Source: the human T2T-CHM13v2.0 reference genome, Homo sapiens. From it: a DNA stretch of 64,000 nt. The notes under the pieces were generated by a model, which had not been told where the DNA came from, did not search any database, and saw only the letters and a program-made list of their open reading frames with translations. Shown in pieces: positions 1 through 17,612 of this stretch. Position 1 is the stretch's first letter. Each line of letters starts with the position of its first letter. The translations under genes and the position numbers were made by a program. The stretch is taken from the NCBI RefSeq assembly GCF_009914755.1, contig NC_060933.1. The stretch is one strand, 5' to 3'.

Positions 1-238
1 TGCTCTGTCGCTCAGGCTGGAGTGCAGTGGTGTGATCTCTGCTCACTGCAACCTCAGCCTTTCAAGTAGCTGGGATTACAGGTGCCCTCCACCACACTCG
101 GCTAATTTTTGTATTTTTAGTAGAGACTGGGTTTCACCATGTTGGCCAGGCTGGTCTCGAACTCTGGAGCTCAGGCGATCTGCCCCCTTGGCCTCCCAAA
201 GTGCTGGGATTACAGGCGTGAGCAACTGCGCCTGGCCC
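1..238 (-). mobile_element. Alu (partial, internal deletion)
   Basis: Antisense Alu consensus blocks (caggctggagtgcagtgg; cccaaagtgctgggattacaggcgtgagc). Confidence 0.92.
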
Positions 239-3200
239 GATACTCTCATTGACAGACTTTAATTTTTTTTTTTTTGCCAGTTCAATAAGTGGAAAATGGC
301 GTCTTTGTTGCTTTAAATGTATTTTCAGCTGCATTTGTTTTATTAGTCATATGCATTTATTTCCCTTAGTTTGCCTTCTCTGTTCTTTGTCCATATGGGG
401 GAGGGAGCCGAGGTGGAGGGCAGGATTCTCTTGGGTTTCTGTGTGGGTTGCAGATAGGTTTGTAAATGACCACGCTCTGTTGCCTTAAGATGGATCTGTT
501 GACATTGTGTTTTCTACATTTGAACTTGGAGTCCCATGTCTGGGTTGTTTGCTCTTGGCTGGGCGGAACCTGTGTACTTAAAGAGGAATCACTTGCATTG
601 CTTTTCGGACATGGTGTTTTGTTGGTGCGTCTCCTCCCTGGCTGGTAAGCACAGCTTGCGGGCCTGGCTCTGTTGGACCACCCACTTTGCAACTCTTGGG
701 CAGTCAACACTGATACTGTACTAGAAAGCGTGGGGGAGTTATAGAATAGCATTTATAGAGAAGGATTGGTGTTATTTACTTTCATGTGACCTTAAAAATA
801 GAAAATAATATTTGTGCTTTTATTTTGCAGTTTGCCTGGAACCTGAATACACTATTTTAAAAAATATTCCCTATTTTTATAGAAAAAGGACTTCAAATAT
901 TTATTGTTTTGTATTAAGAGCTACAAACAACTTGGTCTTGATTGGAGAGCTGGCATAGGTGTATAAGGGCCTCTCCCTGTAAGAAATTTGGAGCTGGGGT
1001 GGGCATAGGAGGTGATGTTTAGGAGCAGCCTGAGTGTGGGGAGACTGCTGTGCTCGAACCTGCGTCGTGCAGGTGCGTCCTGGAGCTACTCCTTGTGGCA
1101 GAAGCATTGCCCTGAGACCCAGCCCTGGTATGCTTGGCACTGGGACAGGAGCTCCGGTGGGAGGTGCGCATTGCGAGCTGGTGTTTTCTGTTTGCTTTCC
1201 TACCCACTGTCATGTTGTGGGCTCTTGGCCCCAGAGGTAAAATGTCTCTGTGAGTTGAGTTCCTTGTGAGAGGGCTGGTCCCCAGATTCCATGTCTAGGT
1301 TTTTGTTAGTATTTTTTCAACAGAGCTAATCCTGAGAGGCCCTACGAGCAGTGATTGCTTTGTGGGATGAGCTGTGTTGATGGTTTCTGTGGAGGGACCC
1401 TTCACGTTTTAGGGTGAAAACAATAAATGTCTCGTTAAATGGTTTCCATCTGAGAACACTGATTGTTTTAAAATGGTTGTGAATGCGAGGGTTTAAGCAG
1501 CTTCCGAGGAGGCCTGGAGGTGCCTGGGCGGCCGCGTGCAGCTCTGGAATCCTGCCGCTGGGGCAGCCTCCATTTCGTGAGATGGCTCTGGAGCATGCCC
1601 AGTGCGTGGAGCTTTCAGAGGGAGCCGCCGAGCTGGGCTACTGTGATTTCTCTGCAGTTGGCCGCAGTCAACAATTGCACTAAGACAGGAGGAAAAAAGT
1701 GATGGGGTACAAGCAAGAAACGTGGTATTTGGTACTTTTTTTCTTTTGCTTAATCCCTCTTTCTTTTACACTGGTGCTTCTAGGCTGGGGCCAGGGCCTG
1801 CAGAGCAGGGACGCTTGCTGTGATGGTGGGGACACCTCCTTGTCCTCCATGCCGCTTGCCTGCCAAAATAACCCTGTTTTGCTCTCTGGTCACCCACCAT
1901 GTGCACTTTCTTGGGAGTGGGATGGGAGGTCCCCTCCAACTGAGGGTACTGAGAACAGCTCAGGCCCGTTCCACATTTGCTGGTAGCAGGAGGAACTCTG
2001 ACCTTTTTCAGTTATGCTGATGATAAACCAGGACTTTTTCCCTTGTTTGAACATTTATAAAGAGCGTGCTTGAACTTTTTTGCTGACTAGCAGTGTTTTC
2101 CTGTTTTATTCTCCTACCTGCCCCCATGGCAGCCTCAGTGGTGGAGGGAGTGAGGCTGGGAAGGGATGACACTGCCAGGTGAGCAGGAACCAGGGACCCT
2201 GGGACCAGAGGCCAGGCTGTGCAGGCAAGGGCTGGCCGTGCCACGGTGCAGCTGGCTCTTTGCCATGCAGGCTGCAGAAAAGGAAATCTGTCCGCCTTGG
2301 CTGTGAGGATGGCATTGACCACTCATCAGGAGAGCTGGGAACAGAGCCTCCCCCTCGGAGCCTGTGTAGTCCCCGTCCACACGTGTGGGTTGTGTGATGA
2401 TCCTGTCTGCGTGTTCATTGGGAGACTCCATTTTCCGTGGAATGGTGAGGAGGGTAGAGAGGCAGCAGAGTCTCCACTTGGATTTTCTAAGCAATTCCAC
2501 AGAAAATAAGACGTTGCTCAAGCAAGTGCTGGGCACATCTTAGGGAGAGACCTAGTGAGGAGGGCTGTGTTTTAATTAATTAATTAATTGTAAATAACAG
2601 GATTAGAGCAGATTGGTTCATAGCTGCCTGTTCTAGAACCGTATTCTTCGAACAAAAGGGTGGGGGATGGTAGGCTTCTCTCCTAGCTCTGAGGAAACTC
2701 CAGCTCAGCGCACAGCATGAGGAGGACGAGGGAACAATAGGGCGTTCCTTTGTGCCTGCCCTTGAAACGCGGTGGAGGCCACTCAGTGAGCCCGGGCAGT
2801 GCCATCGCTCACGTGTCCCCAGCAGCAGTGGCGTCTGTGGGGATGCTGTGCACTGAAAATTGGCACTGTTTTGGGTAGTGGTTCTGAGAGGAACTGTTTA
2901 ACCAGGTATGCAAATGTGCTGATGCAGGAATGTTTTTGAACACCTGTGATGTAAATTTTAACGGTGGTTAATGTTAGCAGCTCCACCTGGGTTAGCTCAA
3001 CCCTTAGAGATTATTTGTTCTCATCTCTTTGGAGTTGAAAATGTTGTACTTTTCTAGGAGCCATTTCCCCAGGCCATGTGGAGGTCAGGTATCTGCTGGT
3101 TCTGGCCTCACTCTACTCCTCCTCCTCCTCCCCGCTCTGTGGAGAGGGTGGCTTGAAGGAGACGGGCAGCAGGTGTGTGACTGCAGTCCTGGGGCACGGG

Positions 3201-3984
3201 CAGAGGCTGGCATGTGGGGAAAGCAGGACCCGGGAGGCTGTAGCTTAAGTAGACATTTGTTTTTTATTTGAAGAGAATTTTAGAGATGGGGTGGTGGTGG
3301 ATTTTAGCATTAGAGATTTCTGGCTTCTGCTTGAAGCACTGTGAATAGGGGACAAAAAAATAACCAAGAGGAAAAGTTCATGTAAAGTAGAAGTTTTGGT
3401 GTGTTTTCTTGAAAGGAAATTGTCTACAGTGAAAGCGTTGTATTTTTAGAGAACTCGGGGAGGAAAACGCTGTTGTGCTGCTTATCACACGGGTCTGGCC
3501 TTTTTGACATCTGAAATCTTATAGGAATTTGTCTTTTTGAGAGTGTATGCTGCTTATTTGGTTTCGTGGAATCCAGAAAAGAGCCTATCCAAATTATCTT
3601 TACCTTCAGGGTAAATTACCTTTTAGAATTGTGGCAGATGGCACATAGGACCTCTCAGAGGGACTGCACCTTGTACAAGAAGAAAAGTGAGAGGGTGTTG
3701 CAAAGGAGAGCTTCCACCTCCTTTATAGACTTTTGCAGAACAGCTTTCTTCCTTTCGACCTCGGAGAAGAGGCAGGACCAGTGGGGAGGCAGACAAGTAG
3801 GTGAAGGAAGACAAAAGGAAGAAGGGACGCACTGATCGAGAAGACAAGGAGTGCTGATGGCTTTGGGCGCCAGCTGTCTACTCCAGAGAGTCTAACTGAC
3901 CTGGGACTTGCAGGATCCTGCTAGAAGAAAAATCCTTGCTTCCTTCTCCTCCTGTTTTCTTCCTCTTCCTCCATTCTCCTTCCT

Positions 3985-4160
3985 CTCCCTTCTATTCACC
4001 CACCCACCACTCACCCACCCACCACCTGGCACATACACCCACCCACTCATCCATCCATCCATCTACTGTCTACTATCCACCTCACCACCCACCCATCCAT
4101 TTATTTACCCACCTACTCATCCATTCACCTGTCCACATCCATCTATTCACCAACCATCAC
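3985..4160. repeat. (CCCA/CCAT)n low-complexity tract
   Basis: Degenerate tetranucleotide repeat. Confidence 0.8.
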
Positions 4161-4515
4161 ATATTAATGACTTACTATATACCAGAACTACTAGTACTGA
4201 AACTTGAGTATATTTGTGGACAGAGCACCAGAAATCCAGAACATTTGTATCATCCTGAAAAGAAACCTTATACCATTAGCAGTTCCTTCCCGTGTCCCCC
4301 ACTCCCCCAACCCAGTCCCTGGCAACCACTCATCTGCTTTCCTTCCCTGTCGATTTGCCTGTTCTCTGTTGTCTTTCGTGCCTGACTTCTTTCACTTAAC
4401 TTAGTGTTTTCTTTTTTTTTTGCTGTTAATGGACAGTGCTGCCATGAACATTCATGTACGAGTTTTTGTGTGGACCTGGGTTTTCATTTCTTCGGCTATC
4501 CCGGGAATGGGATAA

Positions 4516-4862
<347 letters not shown>

Positions 4863-4991
4863 TAGAAGTAGGTTCTTGATGTATCCTTCATGTCTCGTCT
4901 TCCCTCTCGCACCCTGCACCCTTCTCGCCCAGTGCTTACTGCTTGCTGGGTGCTGGTCTCCTGCTTAAAGAGCAGACTGAGGACCCCTGGA

Positions 4992-6678
4992 AAGACGCCC
5001 CCACAGCACGTGCACTCACCGACTCCACCCAAGACGCCCCCACAGCACGTGCACTCACCAACTCCACCCAAGACGCCCCCCTCAGCACGTGCACTCGACT
5101 CCACCCAAGACGCCCCCACAGCACGTGCACTCGACTCCACCCAAGACACCCCCCACAGCACGTGCACTCGACTCCACCCAAGACGCCCCCCTCAGCACGT
5201 GCACTCGACTCCACCCAAGACGCCCCCACAGCACGTGCACTCACCAACTGCACCCAAGACGCCCCCACAGCACGTGCACTCACCGACTCCACCCAAGACG
5301 CCCCCACAGCACGTGCACTCACCAACTCCACCCAAGACGCCCCCCTCAGCACGTGCACTCGACTCCACCCAAGACGCCCCCACAGCACGTGCACTCGACT
5401 CCACCCAAGACACCCCCCCACAGCACGTGCACTCGACTCCACCCAAGACGCCCCCCTCAGCACGTGCACTCGACTCCACCCAAGACGCCCCCACAGCAGG
5501 TGCACTCACCAACTCCACCCAAGACGCCCCCACAGCACGTGCACTCACCAACTCCACCCAAGACGCCCCCTCAGCACGTGCACTCGACTCCACCCAAGAC
5601 GCCCCCCACAGCACGTGCGCTCGACTCCACCCAAGACGCCCCCACAGCACGTGCACTCACCGACTCCACCCAAGACGCCCCCACAGCACGTGCACTCACC
5701 GATTGCACCCGACGCCCCCCACAGAACGTGCACTCGACTCCACGCAAGACGCCCCCCACAGCACGTGCACTCGACTCCACCCGACGCCCCCCACAGCACG
5801 TGCACTCATCTCCACCCGACGCCCCCCACAGCACGTGCACTCACCGACTCCACCCAAGACGCCCCCACAGCACGTGCACTCACCTCCACCCAAGACGCTC
5901 CCAAAGCACGTGCACTGGACTCCACCCAAGACGCCCCCCACAGCACGTGCACTCCACGACTGCACCCAAGACGCCGCCCACAGCACGTGCACTCACCTCC
6001 ACCCAAGACGCCCGCACAGCACGTGCACTCGACTCCACCCAAGACGCCCCCACAGCACGTGCACTCACCTCCACCCAAGACGCTCCCACAGCACGTGCAC
6101 TCCACGACTGCACCCAAGACGCCCCCCCACAGCACGGGCACTCCACGACTGCACCCAAGACGCCCCCCACAGCATGTGCACTCACCGACTCCACCCAAGA
6201 CCCACAGCACGTGCACTCAACTCCACCCAAGACGCCCCCCACAGCACGTGCACTCACGTCCACCCAAGACGCCCCCCACAGCACGTGCACTCGACTCCAC
6301 CCAAGACGGCCCCCCACAGCACGTGCACTCACCGACTCCACCCAAGACGCCCCCACAGCACGTGCACTCACTGACTCCACCCAAGACGCCTCCACAGCAC
6401 GTGCACTCACCTCCACCCAAGACGCCCCCACAGCACGTGCACTCACCACCCAAGACGCTCCCACAGCACGTGCACTGGACTCCACCCAAGACGCCCCCCA
6501 CAGCACGTGCACTCCACGACTGCACCCAAGACGCCGCCCACAGCACGTGCACTCACCTCCACCCAAGACGCCCCCCACAGCACGTGCACTGGACTCCTCC
6601 CAAGACGCCCCGCACAGCACGTGCACGCGACTCCTCCCAAGACGCCCCGCACAGCACGTGCACTCACCGACTCCACCC
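4992..6678. repeat. VNTR, 35-40 bp unit (cacagcacgtgcactc[acc]gactccacccaagacgcccc), roughly 45 copies
   Basis: Directly visible tandem array; explains ORFs 4890..6374, 4943..6844 and 5089..6798. Confidence 0.97.
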
Positions 6679-6844
6679 ACTGTCTACCCAGGGCGCAGCC
6701 GCTCCAGCAGCTCTTCCCTGGCCCCTCCCCCACCTTCACTTTTTGCTCTCTTCGGAGCATTCATTGCCTTTAGTACACAGACTTGTGTCCCTATGTAAAA
6801 AAAAGCTTTGCTTTTGTTTTTTCTCTTTTTTAAAAAAAAAATAA

Positions 6845-7259
6845 ATCTCCTTATGTTGTCCAGGCTGTTCTTGAACTCTTGGCCTTAAGTGATCCTCCCA
6901 TCTGGGCCTCTCAAAGCGCTGATATTACAGGTGTGAGCCATGATGCCTGGGCCAAAAAGATTTTTTTGGAGACGGAGTCTTGCTCTGTCGCCCAGGGTGG
7001 AGTGCAATGGCGTAATCTCGGCTCTCTGCAACCTCTGCCGCCCGGGTTCAAGCAATTGTTCTGCCTCAGCCTCCCCACACAGCCTCAGCTGGGTTTACAG
7101 GTGTGTGCCATCACGCCCAGCTAATGTTTTTGCATTTTTAGTAGAGATGAGGTTTCACCTTGTTGGCCAGGCTGGTGTCTAACTCTTGGCCTCAAGTGAT
7201 CCGCCTGCCTCAGCCTCCCAAAGTGCTGGGATTACAGGCGTGAGCCACCGCGCCTGGGC
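6845..7259 (-). mobile_element. Alu left-arm fragment plus full Alu
   Basis: Antisense Alu motifs at 6845-6953 and 6961-7259. Confidence 0.9.
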
Positions 7260-8565
7260 TGAAAAAAGCTTTTCTTGATCCTGCTTCCCACCAGCTTCAC
7301 GTCAGTTCTTTGCCCTTCTTTGCGCCAAACTCCTCCAAAGATTTGTGTTTTTTTCATGGTGTGTGCATCCTCCCTCATTCTCCCTTAGATCCTTAGTCAG
7401 ACCTTGCACCTCCACCCCCAGGGCAACAAAACCATCCTGGTTAAGGTTTCTGTCGGTAGCCTTCCTCCCTTGGCTAGTCCCCTCTCCTGCCCTGACCCGG
7501 TAGTGTCCTCACTTAGTCCTTGGGCCTTGCTATCCTGCCCCCTCCCCCCGGTGCTGGGTGCAGCTCAGCCTCTGGACTCTGGTGTCCTGTGCCCACGTGC
7601 GAGCTCCGTTTCCTGCTCCCTTCATGGCTTCCCATCTGCCTCCCTCCTCTTTGCCCTTCTTGCAGGTGCTTCTGCCTTCTGACTTCCTCAGTCTCCCATC
7701 TGCGCCTCTCTCTTCTGACTGGTTTCCCTGGCCACCTGTCCTTCTGGGGGCAGGTCTGCAGCATATCAGCCCAGGGAACCAGTTAGTCCTCACTGAGGCC
7801 CTGCCCCTCCTGGCTCCAGTTCCTACGGGCCTGTCTGCGCGTCCTCCTCGTGTAGCCTCCCTGGGGTCTAGCGGGGCTTAGCGCTCTCCTGGGGGCTGTG
7901 TCCAGGGGAAGGAGAAGCCAGAGCTGCCTTTCCATTCTCTGTCCGCTCGCCTTTGCCGCCGTCTTCCTTCTGGGAGGGCTTTCTCGGAGTGCAGGCTACC
8001 TTTTCTCTTTCTTGCTGCCCTACCTCCTGTGGCCACACCCTCTGGCCTGTGGGTCTTGGCTTGGCTTTGTCATCGTCCACTGTTGTGTGACTCTTGTTCC
8101 AGGGTAAGCCGCTGTGCACGTGGTTGAATGTAACAGAGGGCTGTCCCGGGCCGTGAGCTGTGTCAGAACTCTGAACCCTTCCAGGGCCACCGTGTGCTTG
8201 ACTTACAGATTAGTGAGGGTGTCTTGCCTATAGTTAACTGTTTTCCCGTATAATTATTCTGTTAACCCTTTTATAGCTAATAAGTGAGCGGAAATTCTTA
8301 ATTTTTTTTCATTCAGTGTAAGAAAAAAGCAGAAGGAAATATACAAAAAGTTAACTTGGTTATTTCTGAATTGTGGGATTGCCAGTGATTTTGTATGTTT
8401 TGGAATATAATAAAGTTTTTTTACAGAGAGCATGTATTAGCTTTACAGTAAGAAAAAATTAATGGAAACCCTCATTTATATGTAACAATTCATATGATTA
8501 ACGCTTATCACTTAAGAAAACATATAGTAAAAACCTGAAGGGAAGATGACCCTGAAGTTAGATAA

Positions 8566-8929
<364 letters not shown>

Positions 8930-9337
8930 TGAATCCTATACTTGGAATCCTGATGAAATAAGGACCCCAACCCTGCAGTGCTGTGGTCCAGGCCTTGCCC
9001 CGACATGTGGCTGTGGAGAGGCCGTGGCCCCTTAGTCCTTGTGTTCGTGCTGCGCCCCTTCTCCCTGCACTCAGTGAAGCTCCCCCAGCACTTCCTGTCC
9101 AGCAGACATGACAGTGCAGAGACCCCAGGATTCTTCCAGGGCTCCGGCTACATACAGATGTGAAGCATTATTTACCTTTCGCTCTCATTCTGTGCTGAGT
9201 GTCAGGCACGAGATGTGTGATAGTGCCATAGAGGGCGTGCAGCAGGCGGTGTGAGCATCTGGCTCTGCTGACTGGAAAAGATAGGTGCACAAATGTAAAA
9301 CCGTATCACTTTTGTTTCTTTTTTTAAAAGAATACTT

Positions 9338-9608
9338 CATTTTCATAAAGTGTTTTATGTTAACGCGTAGTAGGTTTATTGTTATTTGTACAGGAGGTTT
9401 TGACAAATGGTAAAACTAACTTGATGCCATTTTCATAAAGTATTTTATGTTAACATGTAGTAGGTTTATTGTTATTTGTACAGGAGGTTTTGACATAGTA
9501 ACACTAACTCGGTGGCATTTTCATAAAGTAAATTTTATGTTAGCACGTAGTAGGTTTATTTTATTTGTACAGGAGGTTTTGACACGGTAACACTAACTTG
9601 GTGCCATT
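9338..9608. repeat. AT-rich tandem repeat, ~90 bp x3
   Basis: cattttcataaag...gtagtaggtttatt...tacaggaggttttgac...actaac units start at 9338, 9428 and 9516. Confidence 0.95.
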
Positions 9609-12036
9609 CTGGCAACTCATGTGGACAAAATCCCTTTGGGGTACTCAGTGTGTTTAGAGTGTGACGTGGTCTTGAGAATGAAAAGTTTGGGAATTGTTGT
9701 TTTACCGTAAACCAAAGCGCCTGGCGCAGTACTGCAGTGAACTAACCAACCAACCAACCAGTTTCTGCCTCTCGTAGAGCTGACATTCTGATTGGGGATA
9801 AGTTTCACATTTTTGTGTCATATCCTTCAAAATAGTCAACTCCTTAGGTTTAATGTCTTTTTATCAACATGGAGATTTTGAATGAAATTCAGCCATGAGT
9901 GTGTGTTTGTTTTCCCATGCTATCTCAATCGTATTACAGAGCAGTGTTGTGGAAACATTTAAAAAACAATCTCTGACATGAGTAGGAATGTGGTCTTCTA
10001 CCAGGAACTTTACCGATTGCAGAGAATTTATTAATATTACTACTATACCTTGTGGTTTTCTGCATGCAGGTTTAAGCCTGCATTTACACTTCTAACCACA
10101 AGGTGGTGCTTTTGTTCTAGGTCCGAAGGCTGACACCGGGCTGGATGGAGCTTGAGAACCAGTTTTATATGGGTTGCTTTTTTGCCAATTTAAGATGATT
10201 CTGCTTTGAAGTGCTTAGCAAAGAACCTTACCTTCCTTTTGCATCAGGGTTGTCTCATCTTAGAGTGACATCCTAGAGTGTGTAGGAACCTCCCAGCAGG
10301 TGTTTATTGAGCACCCCTTACTTGTGTGCTAGTCTGGGTGCCTGGTGGTGCTCAGAGCTGGCCTGGACCAAGTCCCCAGGGGTTTGTGGTCCCTCACCAT
10401 TCTCGACTGCTGCTTTTATATTTGTTGTATTTCTGATAGGACCGTTGCTCACGTTGCTCTTCTGATCTGAAAAAAGAAATAGGCTTCTCATTTTTTCATG
10501 GTGTGTAAGTTCTGTACAGCCTTATTTTTATGTCTCATGTTGTTCTGAAGAGGAGATGGGTGTCCTGGGAGGCAGGGCAGCTGTGTCCAGCTGCAGTGTC
10601 CCTGGTGGCTGAGCTGAAGGCAGTGTGAAGCTCCGGCCTCGAGGATGTGCCAGGGAGTGTGTGGAGGTCATGTCTGTGTCCCTCCCTCAGACCCGCACTC
10701 CCAGCCTGTGCTTTACACCAGACAACTCCTGGCGAAACTGCGCTGCTGCCCTGCCTGGCACTGGCCCTGCCCTCAGGGAGGCTCTGGCCGGGGCTGCCAG
10801 TGTTCATCAGTGTCTTCAAAACTTGTTTCTCACATTAGAAAAATGTTAAGGCCCGTCATTTCATGGTGGTAATTGTGTGAGAGTATGTATGAATTGAAAA
10901 GATGGAAAATGACACAATTACTATGAATATAGTAAGATTAAAAAACAGCATCTGTATGTGTCAACATATTACTTAGCCTCCCGGAGCCAATACTAGCAGG
11001 ACCTGAGAGTCTGTGGGTCCCTCCTAGGGCTGTACTGTTCTCTGGAGCCTGGGGGCTGAGGCCTTGATTGGGGGCAGGACAATCTGTTGTCTTGGAATAG
11101 AGCCCAGGAGGCCCAGACAAGGTGCTGACCAGCTAAAGCTGCTTTTTTCACACACTGTTTGAAATACGGTTAGTGGAGAGAGGCAGTGGGGTGATCCAGG
11201 GTGGGCAGGGAGACGTTCTAAAACACCAAGGCATTCCTCACAGGGTCTGGAGCGCAGTGAGCTTAGAAAACCAGCACCGTAACACATGCTGCCCTTTACG
11301 AGGCAGTGGTGGGGCGAGGGGGGCTGCACGTGTGACCCGCCTGCACCAGGGCCTCCTGAAGGCCAACCTCTCCATCGAGCCCTGTTCTGAGACCAAATTC
11401 CAGGTGCCGAAAGACATTAAACAGGATTGTGCTCTTCACTGGCATCTATCAAAGAGCACCAACATGATATAAATTAAAACCCACAGTAAAATCTCTCAGA
11501 ATTCCGTCCCCTTTTCTGGCTCTCCCACACTCTGCAGGCTGACGGAGAATCTCACTGTTGGCCAGTGTCCCCAGATGCCCTGACTCTCGGCTCCAGCGCT
11601 CTTTCTTTGTGTTCTGTCTGGTCTAGAAGAGCAAGTCCAGGTAGCTGTGGCGCCGCCTGTGCCTTGCCTCCTGCAGTCTGCCTACGATTGCACGACTCAC
11701 CTCTTGATGTGTGAGACCCGCATTTATATTTAATCATCATCTTAGAGTATATTCTTCCAGTAGTTGTAGAATACGTATTTTGTGCCCATGCTAGGTGCCC
11801 GGGTTGCAAAGGTGGATTGGGGCTCCTTTTGTAAGTGGGAGGCAGGCTTGTGTGGGTCACCACAGGGCAGCCCGTGATGAGCTGCAAGGGCCATCTGAGC
11901 CCCAAAAGCTCGCTGCATAGTTGGAGAGTCGCGGGAAGCAGGGGGAAGGGTGATGGTCTGGGCCCTACTGCTGCTGGAATTTTAAGTAGCTCAGTGTGAC
12001 TGGCACATAGGATTTCTGACCTGAAAATCATTGGGC

Positions 12037-12225
12037 TAGGTTAGAAATCTGCAAACTTCTGTAAAGGACCAGGTATGTGGGGTGTGGGCCGCGTAAGGTC
12101 TCTGATGCATATTCTTTTTTATTTTTACAACTTAAAAAATTAAAAAAAAATTCATTCTTAGCTTGTGGGAAGTAAGAAAGCAGGCTGGGCTGGATTTGGC
12201 CCGGGGGCCGCACGCCTGGCCTAGA
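12037..12225. mobile_element. hAT-Charlie MITE (MER58-like)
   Basis: gcaaacttctgtaaaggaccag...cattcttagcttg...ggctggatttggcccg resembles the MER58 family as recalled. Confidence 0.65.
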
Positions 12226-12530
12226 TTGCTGTAGCTCCTTCTGTGCCTTGTCATGAAGTGTGAACTTGATTCCATGGGCAGTGGGAAGCCACTGAATTTT
12301 TAAAGAAGATGATGGTAAGGTCACAATTTTAGAAAGATAATTTTAACTGCAGAATAGATGCTAGACTGAAAAGGGGAGAGGCTGGAATTAGAAAAATGAG
12401 TTGCTAGATTATTCCTATTACCACTGACTTGAGAATAATGTGGCTTAAAATAAGGTAGCGGTGGAATTTGATGGAATATTTAGGAGGCATAGAATTTGGT
12501 GACCAATGGGGTTGGTGTGAGGGAGCATGA

Positions 12531-14737
<2,207 letters not shown>

Positions 14738-14873
14738 TAGGCATTTTTAATGAAGGGGGTACACAGAGTCAGCCACAGTGGTGTTTATAATTGACAAAAA
14801 GAGTTGGTTGGGTAGATTGTGCTGTTACTATATAACACAACACTGTTGTGTATCTTAAAAAAATAGTATTGTC

Positions 14874-15227
<354 letters not shown>

Positions 15228-15659
15228 TTAAAAACTAGTATATAATCCACTAATATAAAAAATCTGTAAGGGATATACTAAGATGTTTACTGTTGGTGGT
15301 AAGATTAGGGGCCATTTTTGTTTCTTGTGATTTGTTTTTTCTCTCCTGATGACACTGCTAGAGCCCCCAGCACAGTGTTTGAATGCTGTGGAAGTGGCAC
15401 CTCCATGGCTTTTCCTGATCGCTGGGGGGAAGCATGAGGCCTTTCACCATAACGCTGCTGAGTAAGTTGGTAACCACAAGATTTTCGTAGATATCCTTTA
15501 TCAGGTTGAACTTTTTATTGTGAAATAATTTTGTGAAATGCTTTTTCTCCCTCCGTTGTCACGATCATGTGCTTTCTGTCCGTGTCAGTGCCCTGCGTGC
15601 AGCCGTGCGTGTTCTGTCTGGTGTTCCTGTCTCGCCGCGTTGGGATAGCCTCACTCACC

Positions 15660-16451
<792 letters not shown>

Positions 16452-17103
16452 CGATTGATCTTCAGGTTCAAGCAGCCTTGCACCTGGGATACATCTCGGG
16501 TGGTCCTCAGTGTGGCACCCTCTTGACATGCGGTTGCATTCATTTGCTGATGTTTTGTTAGGGGTTACTGATGTGGAGTTCCCTTTGTTTTCTGTGTAAT
16601 GCTGTTCTCACAGAAGGCGCTGGGAGGTGTTTCCTCCTCTTCTTACTAATTCCTGAGCACTGATGGGGTTGAGCATTTTCCTGTATGTCTGTTGGCCATT
16701 TGGGAATGCCTGTTTAATTCATTTGCCCGTTTTTATGTTGTCTTTTTTAAAAAACTGATTTGTAGTTCTTTCCTTATAGAGTTAAGAGTAAGTAAAGCTA
16801 TTGTACTTAGCCAAATACATTGGATATTTTTTTCTGTGTTTTAAAGTTTATTTATTCATTTTTACCATATAAATGTTTGAAATATTTTGGTAGTTAAATC
16901 TGTAAAGCTTTTCCTTTGTGATTTCTGACCTTGGCATTGTGCCTAGAGTCAGGAGTTCCTTGTTTCAGGGCTGTCAGGTATTTTTTCCTGCTGTTTTTGT
17001 GATTTATTGTTTTATGATTCTTTCACTCATTGATCTGCAATGCTGATGGCCTTCTCCTCCCAGTACTTAGCCAGCTGCCTCAGTGTCTCAGTGAGTGTTT
17101 GAT

Positions 17104-17223
17104 TATTCTCCTTTCCTGCTGATGTGAAATGCCTCTACGTTGTATCTGTATCTTGTATTGTATTCCCCCTTCCTGCTGATGCGAAATGCCTCTACGTTGT
17201 ATCTGTATCTTGTATTGTGTTCC
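17104..17223. repeat. 57-bp tandem duplication
   Basis: tcctgctgatgYgaaatgcctctacgttgtatctgtatcttgtattg at 17114 and 17171. Confidence 0.93.
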
Positions 17224-17286
17224 TGTTTTTAGATGAAAGTCTTGTGGCTTTTTTTTAGTTGCTTATGCTATTAAAAGCATCAGGTG

Positions 17287-17612
<326 letters not shown>

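Noticed and set aside
4890-6844. ORFs of 494-633 aa resembling extensin/mucin-like Pro-Thr-His proteins
   Set aside because: They are translations of the VNTR, open in all three frames, with no splice or promoter support.
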